DNA of 64,000 nucleotides from Bdellovibrionales bacterium (lineage in GTDB: Bacteria; Bdellovibrionota; Bdellovibrionia; Bdellovibrionales; JAGQZY01). The notes below the pieces were generated by a model that made no database searches, was not told the origin of the DNA, and saw only the letters and a list, made by a program, of their open reading frames with translations. Positions 18,700 to 27,399 of the stretch are shown here, piece after piece (position 1 is the first letter of the stretch; every line of letters starts with the position of its first letter). Location: NCBI GenBank assembly GCA_031429075.1, contig JANOYW010000019.1, positions 10,952 through 74,951 of the forward strand, given 5' to 3'. The translations under genes were made by a program, and so were the position numbers.

Positions 18700-19703
18700 A
18701 GCCCACGATTTTGTTAACCGGCTGCGCTGGTTTTATCGGCAGTAACTTTGTTAAAAAAATAACCTGCAGCGATGTCGTCCGAAACCAATACAACTTTGTC
18801 ATTGTGGACGCCCTAACCTATGCGGGACGATTGCAAACCATTCAACCCGAACTGGATGCTTTCTCTCACCTTAAGTTTCAAAAACTGGATATCCGCCGAG
18901 CCGAAGCGGTGCAAAAAGTTTTTAACGATTTTCAACCTGCGGGCATCATTCACTTTGCTGCGGAGTCGCACGTGGACCGTTCTATTGATTCGCCGAACAT
19001 CTTTGTAGAAACCAATGTGCTGGGCACGCTGAATCTGCTCAATGCCTCTTTAAAGGCAGCAGAAGCCAAACCCTCTTTTAAATTTGTTCACGTGAGCACT
19101 GACGAAGTTTATGGGACACTCGAAGAAGACTCTCCGGCATTTACCGAAAAAACACCGCTTGCCCCGAACAGCCCGTACAGCGCCAGCAAAGCGGGCTCCG
19201 ACCTTCTAGTCCGTGCGTATTTCGAAACCTTTAAACTCAATGCCTGCATCACTCGTTGCTCGAACAACTATGGGCCCTATCAATTTCCCGAAAAGTTAAT
19301 TCCTCTGATGACCCTGAATGCTATCGAAGGCAAACCGCTTCCCGTTTATGGAAACGGTAAAAATATTCGCGATTGGATTTTTGTCGATGACCACAACCGA
19401 GGCATTTGGTCGGTGTTCGAAAAGGGCGCAGCAGGCTCCGTCTACAACTTTGGTGGGCAGTCGGAACGACGCAACATCGATGTGGTTAAAACCATTCTTT
19501 CGATTCTTAAAAAACCCGATTCGTTAATTGAATACGTCGAAGATAGAAAAGGGCACGACTGGCGTTATGCCATTGATTTTACAAAGGTACATTCGGAGCT
19601 CGGCTGGTCTCCATCGGTTTCTTTCGAGGAAGGACTTCATCAAACCGTGAGCTGGTATACAAAAAATAATGAGTGGTTAGAAATGCTCAGTTCAAACACT
19701 TGA
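18696..19703 (+). CDS. rfbB: dTDP-glucose 4,6-dehydratase
   Basis: 335 aa with TGCAGFIGSN, HFAAESHVDRS, STDEVYG and PYSASKAGSD. It has an ATGA-type 4-nt overlap with rfbC. Confidence 0.92.
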   Translation: MKPTILLTGCAGFIGSNFVKKITCSDVVRNQYNFVIVDALTYAGRLQTIQPELDAFSHLKFQKLDIRRAEAVQKVFNDFQPAGIIHFAAESHVDRSIDSPNIFVETNVLGTLNLLNASLKAAEAKPSFKFVHVSTDEVYGTLEEDSPAFTEKTPLAPNSPYSASKAGSDLLVRAYFETFKLNACITRCSNNYGPYQFPEKLIPLMTLNAIEGKPLPVYGNGKNIRDWIFVDDHNRGIWSVFEKGAAGSVYNFGGQSERRNIDVVKTILSILKKPDSLIEYVEDRKGHDWRYAIDFTKVHSELGWSPSVSFEEGLHQTVSWYTKNNEWLEMLSSNT

Positions 19704-20564
19704 TTCAGTGGCCAAAAAATAAAAAAGTCGTTCAAATGCGTGTTCGGTATTGCCATCAATTTGATAGCGCTCGTGGAAGTAATCTTCTAAATTTTCGAGT
19801 TTTAAAAGTTTTTTCAAACTTGCTGGTCGAAACCAAAACATGCTTCCCGACACAAACAGAAAATCGCAATCCTTGCGAAGGAATCTCATGGCTTCTAGAA
19901 GTTTCAGCATCATGGGCCCATTGGCACCCAAAAATAATCGCACCGGCAATAAACTGAACTTCGGAGCGATGATTGCATCGGATCGGCCTACGTCAAGGCG
20001 CTGACGGCAGTCGAGCGAAAGAAGATCTGCAAAGAGGTCTTGCCGCCAGAGTTCCCCATCGCGAATCTGAGGCGAGCGTTTACTATGGAGTTTGCACACC
20101 CATTCGTAGTTAGCATCTAGTAACTCTGGATAGATTTTTAGAAAGGGAAAAATATCGCGGCCTTTGTTGGCAAACTGATAAACTTTCACTCTGCCTTTGA
20201 AGGACTTCAATTTTTTAAAAAACAGCCCGTCGATTTCAGGTCCAACGGAAATATACAAATCGCACTTTTCTTGGACAAACAGTGGACTTGCGAGAATCTC
20301 CGGCAAAACGTCGGTGTAATACAAATGCAGACACAGGGCCCGAGAGTTCGAAACCTGAAACACTCCGTTCAACTCCTGAATAAAATATTGAGCCTGCTCG
20401 CGAGAAATTTTCTCTGTCGATGGAGAAGCAACCTCTCGCGGAACCAAAAAAGACCGTGCGTACCTGAGTGTGCGATAAATCACCCAGTTGCCGTAACCCA
20501 AGGCTACTAATTGTACAATTTTCCTGATCAAACACACTGCTTTACCCATCTTTGTTTTATACAC
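19692..20564 (-). CDS. Rhamnan-synthesis protein F (RgpF)-like glycosyltransferase
   Basis: 290 aa with LHLYYTDV, NKGRDIFPF, KLHSKRS, VSGSMFWFR and DGNTEHAFER blocks as remembered for the RgpF family. It sits next to the rfb genes. Confidence 0.55.
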   Translation of the reverse strand: MYKTKMGKAVCLIRKIVQLVALGYGNWVIYRTLRYARSFLVPREVASPSTEKISREQAQYFIQELNGVFQVSNSRALCLHLYYTDVLPEILASPLFVQEKCDLYISVGPEIDGLFFKKLKSFKGRVKVYQFANKGRDIFPFLKIYPELLDANYEWVCKLHSKRSPQIRDGELWRQDLFADLLSLDCRQRLDVGRSDAIIAPKFSLLPVRLFLGANGPMMLKLLEAMRFLRKDCDFLFVSGSMFWFRPASLKKLLKLENLEDYFHERYQIDGNTEHAFERLFYFLATESSV

Positions 20565-20655
20565 CTTTTAGGGTCAAATCGACGGTCTGCAATGTAAAAT
20601 TTGATTGCTTTTTGCATCGCATTAAAATAAATCTCAAGTAGAGGTTTAGCTAAAA

Positions 20656-21549
20656 ATGACTCATTTCGAACTCACTGTTTCCATTGTCGTTTATAAGCCG
20701 AAAATGGAACAGCTCCAGCAAACACTGAATAGCCTCTGCAAGACACCCCTTCAACTGCAAATCCTCCTTTCGGACAATTCGCCAAGCCCCTTAGATATGG
20801 CGCAATTAACTTGCAGTAAACCCCTGAAGTACACTTTCAACGGGAAAAATCTTGGATTCGGCCGTGCCCACAACCAAAACTTACTGTCGTTACCGCAAGC
20901 ACAGTCCCATGGCTACTTTTTGGTGTTGAATCCCGATGTCTATTTTGACGGCAAGCTTATTTCCGAACTTTTAATCCGCATGCAGCAGGATCCCGAGATT
21001 GGGCTTTGCATTCCGCAAATTTGCCATCCCTCAGGAAAGATGCAGCTGATCAATCGCCGCGTTCCACGCCCAACAGATTTGCTAGTAAATTTTTTAAGCT
21101 GCAAATTTAAAACTGAGCTTTTTAAAACTGAAAGTTACAATTGGTATCAGTTGAAAGATGTGGAAAAAAATAAAACGTTTCTGTGTCCCACAATCTCTGG
21201 CTGTTTTATGTTTTTTCGAGCCGACGCCTTTGTCGAAAATAATGGGTTTGATGAGCGATACTTTTTGTATTTAGAAGACACCGATCTTTCTCGGCGTATT
21301 TCCGAGCAGTACAGAACCGTCGTTTTCTCCGACCTTACTGCCTATCATCATTGGTCCCGCGGTGCTTATCGCAATTTGACTCTCTTCCTTATTTTTCTAC
21401 AAAGCATGGTTCTCTACTTCAATAAGTGGGGTTGGGTTCGCGATCCTCTAAGAGAAGCTCTCAACAAGCAAGTTGATTACTACGAACTCAAACAAAAAAA
21501 ATCGCAGTCTCCTGCTCACAATTCTGTTTTGCATTCTGCACAACTTTGA
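20656..21549 (+). CDS. Glycosyltransferase family 2 (rhamnosyltransferase-like)
   Basis: 297 aa with an N-terminal VSIVVYKP strand, NPDVYF and FLYLEDTDLSRR. Confidence 0.75.
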   Translation: MTHFELTVSIVVYKPKMEQLQQTLNSLCKTPLQLQILLSDNSPSPLDMAQLTCSKPLKYTFNGKNLGFGRAHNQNLLSLPQAQSHGYFLVLNPDVYFDGKLISELLIRMQQDPEIGLCIPQICHPSGKMQLINRRVPRPTDLLVNFLSCKFKTELFKTESYNWYQLKDVEKNKTFLCPTISGCFMFFRADAFVENNGFDERYFLYLEDTDLSRRISEQYRTVVFSDLTAYHHWSRGAYRNLTLFLIFLQSMVLYFNKWGWVRDPLREALNKQVDYYELKQKKSQSPAHNSVLHSAQL

Positions 21550-21557
21550 TATCGTGA

Positions 21558-22799
21558 TTGTTCGGTACAGGGGGCGAATTCTTGCAAGTGCTTGTTTTTA
21601 TTTTTTATGCATATTTTTGCAGCGCCTTCCTTTCTGTTGCAGCCATGGAAACTCTAGCGCCTCTTGTTTTTGTTTCTAGTGCTGGTATCGCCCTCTATCA
21701 AAAAAAATGGGTTTGGCCTTCTCGCTGGATACTTGCCTGTTTTTCGGGCTTATTGCTCGTAGCTATAGCGAGTTTTTATAGCAACTCGCTACCACCCGCG
21801 AGTTTTTTAGATTACATCGGCGAGTTTCGGTGGATGATCTCTTATTTAGGTTTTGTTCAATTTTTTAACCTTGCCTATAAACATATCAATTTTGAAAAGA
21901 TTTTTTTTACCATTCAGTGCGTTCTCATCGTGGCTGGGTTTTATTCGATTTATCAGTTTTTCACAGCTCACGATTTGTTTCGCTCCCACGCCACCTTCCA
22001 TCGCATCTACGAAGGCTCGCAGCTTTGGCGCCCCAACGCATTCTTCGGTTTGCCCACAACCTACGCCTACGCCAGTGCCATGTTTTTTTGTATGAGTCTT
22101 GCCAACTGGTTGCACATCCGAAATCCTGCATCTCGAGGATCGAAAGTAACGCAATTTTATTTTTTTATTTCTGCCTTGAATATTCTTCTCTCGTTCACAC
22201 GCGCTGCATGGATCGCTTTTTTTGCAAGTGTCACGACCCTGCTTTACATTGTAAACAAAAAGCTTTGCCTGCGTATCGTACTTGCGCTGATGATTAGCGT
22301 AAGCGTTTTGTATTCGAGTATGCCCGACTTTAAGAGTCGAATTGATTCGATCTTCGACCTCAACTACATCGCCAATCACAACCGAATTTATCTTTGGAAG
22401 GCCAACTGGAATATTTTTAAGGAAAATCCATGGGTGGGAATTGGCTTTAACGAAAACGTAAAAAATATTGATCGCTACCTAGATGTTTTTGATAAACCCG
22501 AAGTGATGAGAAATCACCCCCACAACACCTATTTAAATTTTTTAGCGGGGCTGGGTGCATTCGGTCTATCTTTCTTTTTGCTGCTTGTGGTTGTAAATTT
22601 AAAACATACCATTCAAGGCATTCGTCATAGCCCCCACGCCCTTCACAGGACGCTCTACATTGGCGCCCTTGGCGCCCAAATGGTCTTGCTGATTGGTGGC
22701 ATCACAGAGTGCAACTTTGAAGATATCGAGCTCACCCATCAATACATTTTGTACATTGCCCTGGTGGAATACCTTCGGCAGCAAGACTTTCCCGTTTAG
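21558..22799 (+). CDS. O-antigen ligase / Wzy_C-family polytopic membrane protein (WaaL-, Wzy- or PglL-type)
   Basis: 413 aa with about 10-12 TM segments and a periplasmic loop carrying RAAW and NHPHNTYLNFLAGLGAFG (Wzy_C signature His). The ORF-track start is a TTG. Confidence 0.7.
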   Translation: MFGTGGEFLQVLVFIFYAYFCSAFLSVAAMETLAPLVFVSSAGIALYQKKWVWPSRWILACFSGLLLVAIASFYSNSLPPASFLDYIGEFRWMISYLGFVQFFNLAYKHINFEKIFFTIQCVLIVAGFYSIYQFFTAHDLFRSHATFHRIYEGSQLWRPNAFFGLPTTYAYASAMFFCMSLANWLHIRNPASRGSKVTQFYFFISALNILLSFTRAAWIAFFASVTTLLYIVNKKLCLRIVLALMISVSVLYSSMPDFKSRIDSIFDLNYIANHNRIYLWKANWNIFKENPWVGIGFNENVKNIDRYLDVFDKPEVMRNHPHNTYLNFLAGLGAFGLSFFLLLVVVNLKHTIQGIRHSPHALHRTLYIGALGAQMVLLIGGITECNFEDIELTHQYILYIALVEYLRQQDFPV

Positions 22800-22802
22800 T
22801 AC

Positions 22803-23612
22803 CTAGGGATTGTAAAAACCTAAGCACGTTTTAAACAACGTTTTTAAAACATCCCAATTGCCGCCAAGGCTCGAAATCTTTGTGGGTACTTCGCCTTGCG
22901 GATAAATTCGCGACGTTGGTACCTCTAAACATTTGTAGCCTAAGCGTGGAGCGCGGTAGGAAAGATAGGCCAGCAGTTCGTACTTCGAAAAAATATCACG
23001 GAATATATTTATTTTTTTATCGTTGAGCAAGCGCGAGCTATACGCTCTGTAGCCCTGAGTAGTATCTGTCCAACGGAAGCCCGAGAACAGCGACAATAGC
23101 GGAGCATGGATGTAGCGAATGGCAATCAAACGAATCCAGGGGGTGTTTTCCATTTTACCTCCGGGAATAAAGCGCGAGGCTTGTACAAAATCCACGCCAT
23201 CTTCAAGGGCTTTAATAAATAGCGGAATCGAATCAGCATCGTCTTTGTCGTTTCCGTCGATGGTGATCACACCCGCATAGCCCTGCTTTAAAACATGGTC
23301 GTAGGCGCAGCGAAGCTGAGCGCTCAGTTTGCCGGGACCTTTTTTAAGTAGAAAACTATGCACGCCCTTGCTTTGCAAAAATGTTTTGTCCAAAGACCCA
23401 TCGGTGCTTCCGCCATCAACGATACAGATATCTAACTTTTGCATCACATCTAACATTTGCATTTTTTTAATCAACGAATGAATTCTTGGTCCCTCATTGA
23501 TCACGGGAATCACCAGCATGTATTGGTGATGCCTTTGGTTGGTCAAAATCACGTCGTAAGCGGGAACTTGTTTAGATTCTGCGCGCATGTCCGCCTTTAT
23601 TTCCTTGCTCAT
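22803..23612 (-). CDS. Glycosyltransferase family 2, DPM1/polyprenyl-phosphate-sugar-synthase-like, soluble
   Basis: LVIPVINEG..IVDGGSTDGS..IDGNDKDD motifs. Start taken at the ATG at 23612 (MSKEIK), 1 nt after the stop of the upstream gene. The ORF track starts at 23666. Confidence 0.7.
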   Translation of the reverse strand: MSKEIKADMRAESKQVPAYDVILTNQRHHQYMLVIPVINEGPRIHSLIKKMQMLDVMQKLDICIVDGGSTDGSLDKTFLQSKGVHSFLLKKGPGKLSAQLRCAYDHVLKQGYAGVITIDGNDKDDADSIPLFIKALEDGVDFVQASRFIPGGKMENTPWIRLIAIRYIHAPLLSLFSGFRWTDTTQGYRAYSSRLLNDKKINIFRDIFSKYELLAYLSYRAPRLGYKCLEVPTSRIYPQGEVPTKISSLGGNWDVLKTLFKTCLGFYNP

Positions 23613-23613
23613 T

Positions 23614-24432
23614 TTAATGCCCTTTGTGTCCATAATTTTGCAAAGCCCAGCGCAGGGATTTTTCAACCTGCTTGAGCGGCTCTGAGGTCTCTGTGGGTTT
23701 TACCATTTCGATGGTGGCGATTTTTTCTTTGGCAAACACAGAAAACTGCTCAGCCAGTTTCGAGTGATCGGAATTCATAGACCCCAACGGTTTGAGTTGT
23801 GGTTCGCTCAGGTGAATATGGCCGATGATGGCGGCATACTTCGCGATCAATAACTCCGACTCTTGATTCATTAGCATGGCTCCTGTGTCGAGCTGCAGCC
23901 GTATATTGGGGTGATTGATTCGATTTACCACCTCGGCGGTCTCGTCCATCGTCGTCATAAAATTACAGTGATAAGCCGCCGGGTTTGTTTCGAGGCAAAG
24001 CACTACGCCTTTGCTTTTGGCATAATCACCGAGCTGGAAAAAAAAATCATCGGCTTTTTGTTGAGTTTCTGAATCAGTTAAGCCACTCCGGTCACGATTC
24101 TTAGGAGAGCCAAATACCAACCGGGTTGCACCGAGTTCACCGGCAATTCGCATGACTTCTTGCAAATGCTCTCGCATTTTATATGCCGTGGACGAAAAAA
24201 GATTTAAGCCTTCGGTGCCAAACAGCAGCGCCTGCATGCCGACAATATCAACTCCCCGATCCATCCACCATTTTTTCACGTGCAAAATTTCTGCCGTGGT
24301 CGTGGCTTGAAAATTCCTAAAGTATTTCCCTGGAGCAATATCAATATTGGAGACGCCCAAGGATTGTAAAAGCTTTGCCATGGCCTCATCGTCCTGCGGA
24401 TCCCACGCGATATTGGAAATAGAAAGTCTCAT
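23614..24432 (-). CDS. Xylose-isomerase-like TIM-barrel protein (sugar phosphate isomerase/epimerase family)
   Basis: 272 aa with the MRLSISNIAW start, LCLETNP and HIHLSE metal-ligand-like blocks typical of AP-endonuclease-2/xylose-isomerase-like barrels. Confidence 0.6.
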   Translation of the reverse strand: MRLSISNIAWDPQDDEAMAKLLQSLGVSNIDIAPGKYFRNFQATTTAEILHVKKWWMDRGVDIVGMQALLFGTEGLNLFSSTAYKMREHLQEVMRIAGELGATRLVFGSPKNRDRSGLTDSETQQKADDFFFQLGDYAKSKGVVLCLETNPAAYHCNFMTTMDETAEVVNRINHPNIRLQLDTGAMLMNQESELLIAKYAAIIGHIHLSEPQLKPLGSMNSDHSKLAEQFSVFAKEKIATIEMVKPTETSEPLKQVEKSLRWALQNYGHKGH

Positions 24433-25241
24433 GATTTAACCTCAGTGAGCGCTTCCGACTGAAAGTAGGCCCGGACCGCTAAACAAATCTCGCCCAGGGA
24501 GTATTGATAGTCCGTGGACGATCCGAACAATAGACCATGCTTTGTGCGGAAGTCGTAGCGAATAACAGACTCACTCACCGCTTGCTGAAACTCACGCGAC
24601 AAAGTTTTTTTGATCATCTCTCCCACTTCGATCGGCTCGGCTGTGAGATGAAGCAAAGAAATATTATGTTGCATGGCAATCTGTAAATCCCACCATAAAT
24701 TGACCATGGGATAAAACTGAAACTGATGACGACTATCAATCTGCGAAAGATTGTTGTTGTTGAGAAAATCAAAAATAATATTTTTTTGTAAACCGGGGCC
24801 CACCAAGCCCGGCAGACGAACGATGAGAGCTTGCGGAAATTGCTTGCGAACAAACTGCTCAAACTGAAAGCGATGCAAACCATAGGGGTGAAGGTTTTGT
24901 GTATCCACCGCAGTGTCTTCGTTGATGCCCACAGGGTATTTAAAAACATCTACGGTACTAATCAAAATGAATTGTTTTGTTTTGATGGTTTTTAGGTGAT
25001 CCTGCAAAGCCTGGATCGCTTTTAAATCAGCCTCGGGATTTTTATTGGCCAGCCATTTTTTTGCCGAAATTCCTGCGCAAACAACCAGATCGAAAGTTTG
25101 GTTGCGAATCTCATGAATGTTGTTAGAGCGATAGAGATCTGTAAAGGTACTTTGCCTTTTTAAAGCGCTTCCCACAAAACCGGAGTGGCCGATAAGGGCG
25201 CGTCTTATTTCTCTGGCACTGTGCTGCTGACTTTGATTCAT
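24429..25241 (-). CDS. Rossmann-fold NAD(P)-binding epimerase/reductase-like protein
   Basis: 270 aa with the glycine motif IGHSGFVGS. The extended-SDR-like STVDVF...PYGLHRFQFE shows Arg where YxxxK normally has Lys. ATGA overlap with the downstream gene. Confidence 0.55.
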   Translation of the reverse strand: MNQSQQHSAREIRRALIGHSGFVGSALKRQSTFTDLYRSNNIHEIRNQTFDLVVCAGISAKKWLANKNPEADLKAIQALQDHLKTIKTKQFILISTVDVFKYPVGINEDTAVDTQNLHPYGLHRFQFEQFVRKQFPQALIVRLPGLVGPGLQKNIIFDFLNNNNLSQIDSRHQFQFYPMVNLWWDLQIAMQHNISLLHLTAEPIEVGEMIKKTLSREFQQAVSESVIRYDFRTKHGLLFGSSTDYQYSLGEICLAVRAYFQSEALTEVKS

Positions 25242-26362
25242 TAAAGCTCCCGATCTAGTTTTTCGATAATATCATAAATGTTATCGAGTTTACCGCCTAA
25301 AATAGAGACAAATCGCGGGTGCTTTTGATTTTTCTCAAGCAGAATGGGTCGCCCATCATCCACCTCATTGTGCACAAGGACCGTTTTTACTTCCAAAAGA
25401 GATTTTTTGTAAACCACTTCCGCCACCTTGGGGACAAAACGCATGGAGTCCCGGCGCATGCGTTCGAACCGAGTTATAAACTCGTAGTCTCGCATTTTTT
25501 TGTAAGGATTTTCGTCGTTGCGATCGAGCCATTGAAAATGCGGTGTATAGCGCACATGGGACAGTGAAAATAATTTTTCGGCAGGAAACGGCATCAACGA
25601 AAAGAAGGGTCCATCCATCACAGTAAGACCATAGTTTTTCAACTCCTCAGGAGCTTCAACGAGGGCCAATTCGGTCATCTCCTGCTTGAGCTGAGTCTGT
25701 AAAACCAGTTCGGTGCTGATGTGATTCAATCCACTGTAGGTGCAATTAAAAACATAGTCCGAAGAAATCTCGTCTGTAGGTTGGTCTGTAGTTTGGTCGC
25801 CGCGCTCGTCTTTTTCCAGATTCAAAAAAAACGGGCTCCCTCCAGTGACCTGGCTGGTTGATGTCTGCAAACTCACCTCAACGCCACAATCCTGTAACTT
25901 CTGCGTGAAATGAGCACGCAAGGCCAGCGCATCAAAGGCGGCTTCTTCGACCACAAAAATATCCTCAATCAAGTGGGAGTTAAAAAGCGATCGTTCCTGC
26001 GCCGTGGGTTTTTTAATGGTGGCACCGATCTGACGGCAAAACCGGTAATACTGTTTCGCATTGACCTTGGAGTGTTGGCGGGCCACAGCATATATTTTGG
26101 TAAACTTTTGATCGATGGAGTTTGAAAAGTCTCCTAGGAACTGTGGAAAGTTAATTCGACTTCGATAAGCCGTCGTAAAGCTTCGTGGGTAATGGTAGCC
26201 ATTATGAACTCGAGCTTGATTGTTGTAGGAGGCCCGCACCAAAAGTTCAGCTTCCTTTTCAATCAGCCGAACTGTGGAAAACTTTTTTTTTTGCTTGAGA
26301 TAAATAGCGATGGCACAACCGTAGAATCCGCCGCCAACAACAACCGCACTGTAGTGTTTCAC
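25241..26362 (-). CDS. FAD-dependent oxidoreductase
   Basis: 373 aa with the N-terminal dinucleotide fold VVVGGGFYGCAIAIYL...LIEKE. GTG start overlaps the upstream stop (GTGA). Confidence 0.65.
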   Translation of the reverse strand: MKHYSAVVVGGGFYGCAIAIYLKQKKKFSTVRLIEKEAELLVRASYNNQARVHNGYHYPRSFTTAYRSRINFPQFLGDFSNSIDQKFTKIYAVARQHSKVNAKQYYRFCRQIGATIKKPTAQERSLFNSHLIEDIFVVEEAAFDALALRAHFTQKLQDCGVEVSLQTSTSQVTGGSPFFLNLEKDERGDQTTDQPTDEISSDYVFNCTYSGLNHISTELVLQTQLKQEMTELALVEAPEELKNYGLTVMDGPFFSLMPFPAEKLFSLSHVRYTPHFQWLDRNDENPYKKMRDYEFITRFERMRRDSMRFVPKVAEVVYKKSLLEVKTVLVHNEVDDGRPILLEKNQKHPRFVSILGGKLDNIYDIIEKLDREL

Positions 26363-27399
26363 TTCTCGACCACGTTGATTTTTTCAAAACGAGTCATCCT
26401 TGCGCTCGTGAACTCCTGTCCCACGTGGTAGCGGGGATTGTTGTTTGTGCTCGCAACACGAAGAAGATATTCACCCATTACTAACAGGACGAGTGAAATC
26501 AAAAAAAACATCCCCGAAAGTTGCAAAGAAATTGTCACCCACCCCGGTTGAATATTCTGTTTAAAAATGGCGATTAAAATGACGTAAACCGAGTAAAACA
26601 CATTAGCAAAAGCCCCAAACATCGAAAGTGCTGTGACAATCCGCATGGGAATTCGATTGTTAGAAACCAACAACTCCATACCCTGATCCACAGATTCCCA
26701 AAAACCTTTACTGCCTTCGGGAATGACGTAGTTTTTTTTGTACTCAATCACTTTTTTGCTAAAACCCGAAGTGCTTGGAAGATTACGGTAGGTAATTTCG
26801 GGCCGTAAGTGCTGCAACATAAAGTTAATCGTTTTGCGCGACATCAACCGGAAATGCGAATCGTCCTTCCCGAGTTCCACGTGCTCGAACAAAAAATAAA
26901 GTTTTTTGAAAAACCGTTTCGCAAAATTATAAAATTGAGATTGTTTGGGCGTAAACATGTTGTGAGCAAGAACAATGTCATTTCCTTCGAGAGCCCCGCT
27001 AAGCATGTCGCGAATCAAGCTCAATTGGTGGTACCTCGGGTCAAACACGACCACATAGTCACCAAGAGACGCCTCGACTCCCACCCACGCAGCGATTTCT
27101 TTGCGAACACGCGACGTGAGCGAAAACACCACAAGGTTGCTAACTCCTTTTGGCATCGTTAGCTTTTTCAAAATGCTCAAAGTTGTGTCTTGAGAGCAAT
27201 TATCTACAACGATGATTTCGTGATCTGTGACAATCTCGTTGAGTTCAGCTTGCAATTCTTGCAAGATGCCGTCTATAGATGCTTGAAAATCGCGAACTGG
27301 TACTATGACCGATAAAAACAAAGAGTGTGGCATGAAGAAGTTAATACTAAAACTGACCCAATTTAGCAACAGCAACAAAGTGCTACTTGCCCTTCTCAT
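26359..27399 (-). CDS. Membrane-anchored glycosyltransferase family 2 (GtrB/ArnC-like polyprenyl-phosphate sugar synthase)
   Basis: LSVIVPVRD..VVDNCSQD GT2 core followed by two C-terminal TM helices (VTALSMFGAFANVFYSVYVILIA, LQLSGMFFLISLVLLVMG). The ATG at 27399 has AAGG upstream. The alternative ATG at 27333 gives the canonical MPHSLFLSVIVP N-terminus. Confidence 0.7.
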   Translation of the reverse strand: MRRASSTLLLLLNWVSFSINFFMPHSLFLSVIVPVRDFQASIDGILQELQAELNEIVTDHEIIVVDNCSQDTTLSILKKLTMPKGVSNLVVFSLTSRVRKEIAAWVGVEASLGDYVVVFDPRYHQLSLIRDMLSGALEGNDIVLAHNMFTPKQSQFYNFAKRFFKKLYFLFEHVELGKDDSHFRLMSRKTINFMLQHLRPEITYRNLPSTSGFSKKVIEYKKNYVIPEGSKGFWESVDQGMELLVSNNRIPMRIVTALSMFGAFANVFYSVYVILIAIFKQNIQPGWVTISLQLSGMFFLISLVLLVMGEYLLRVASTNNNPRYHVGQEFTSARMTRFEKINVVEK

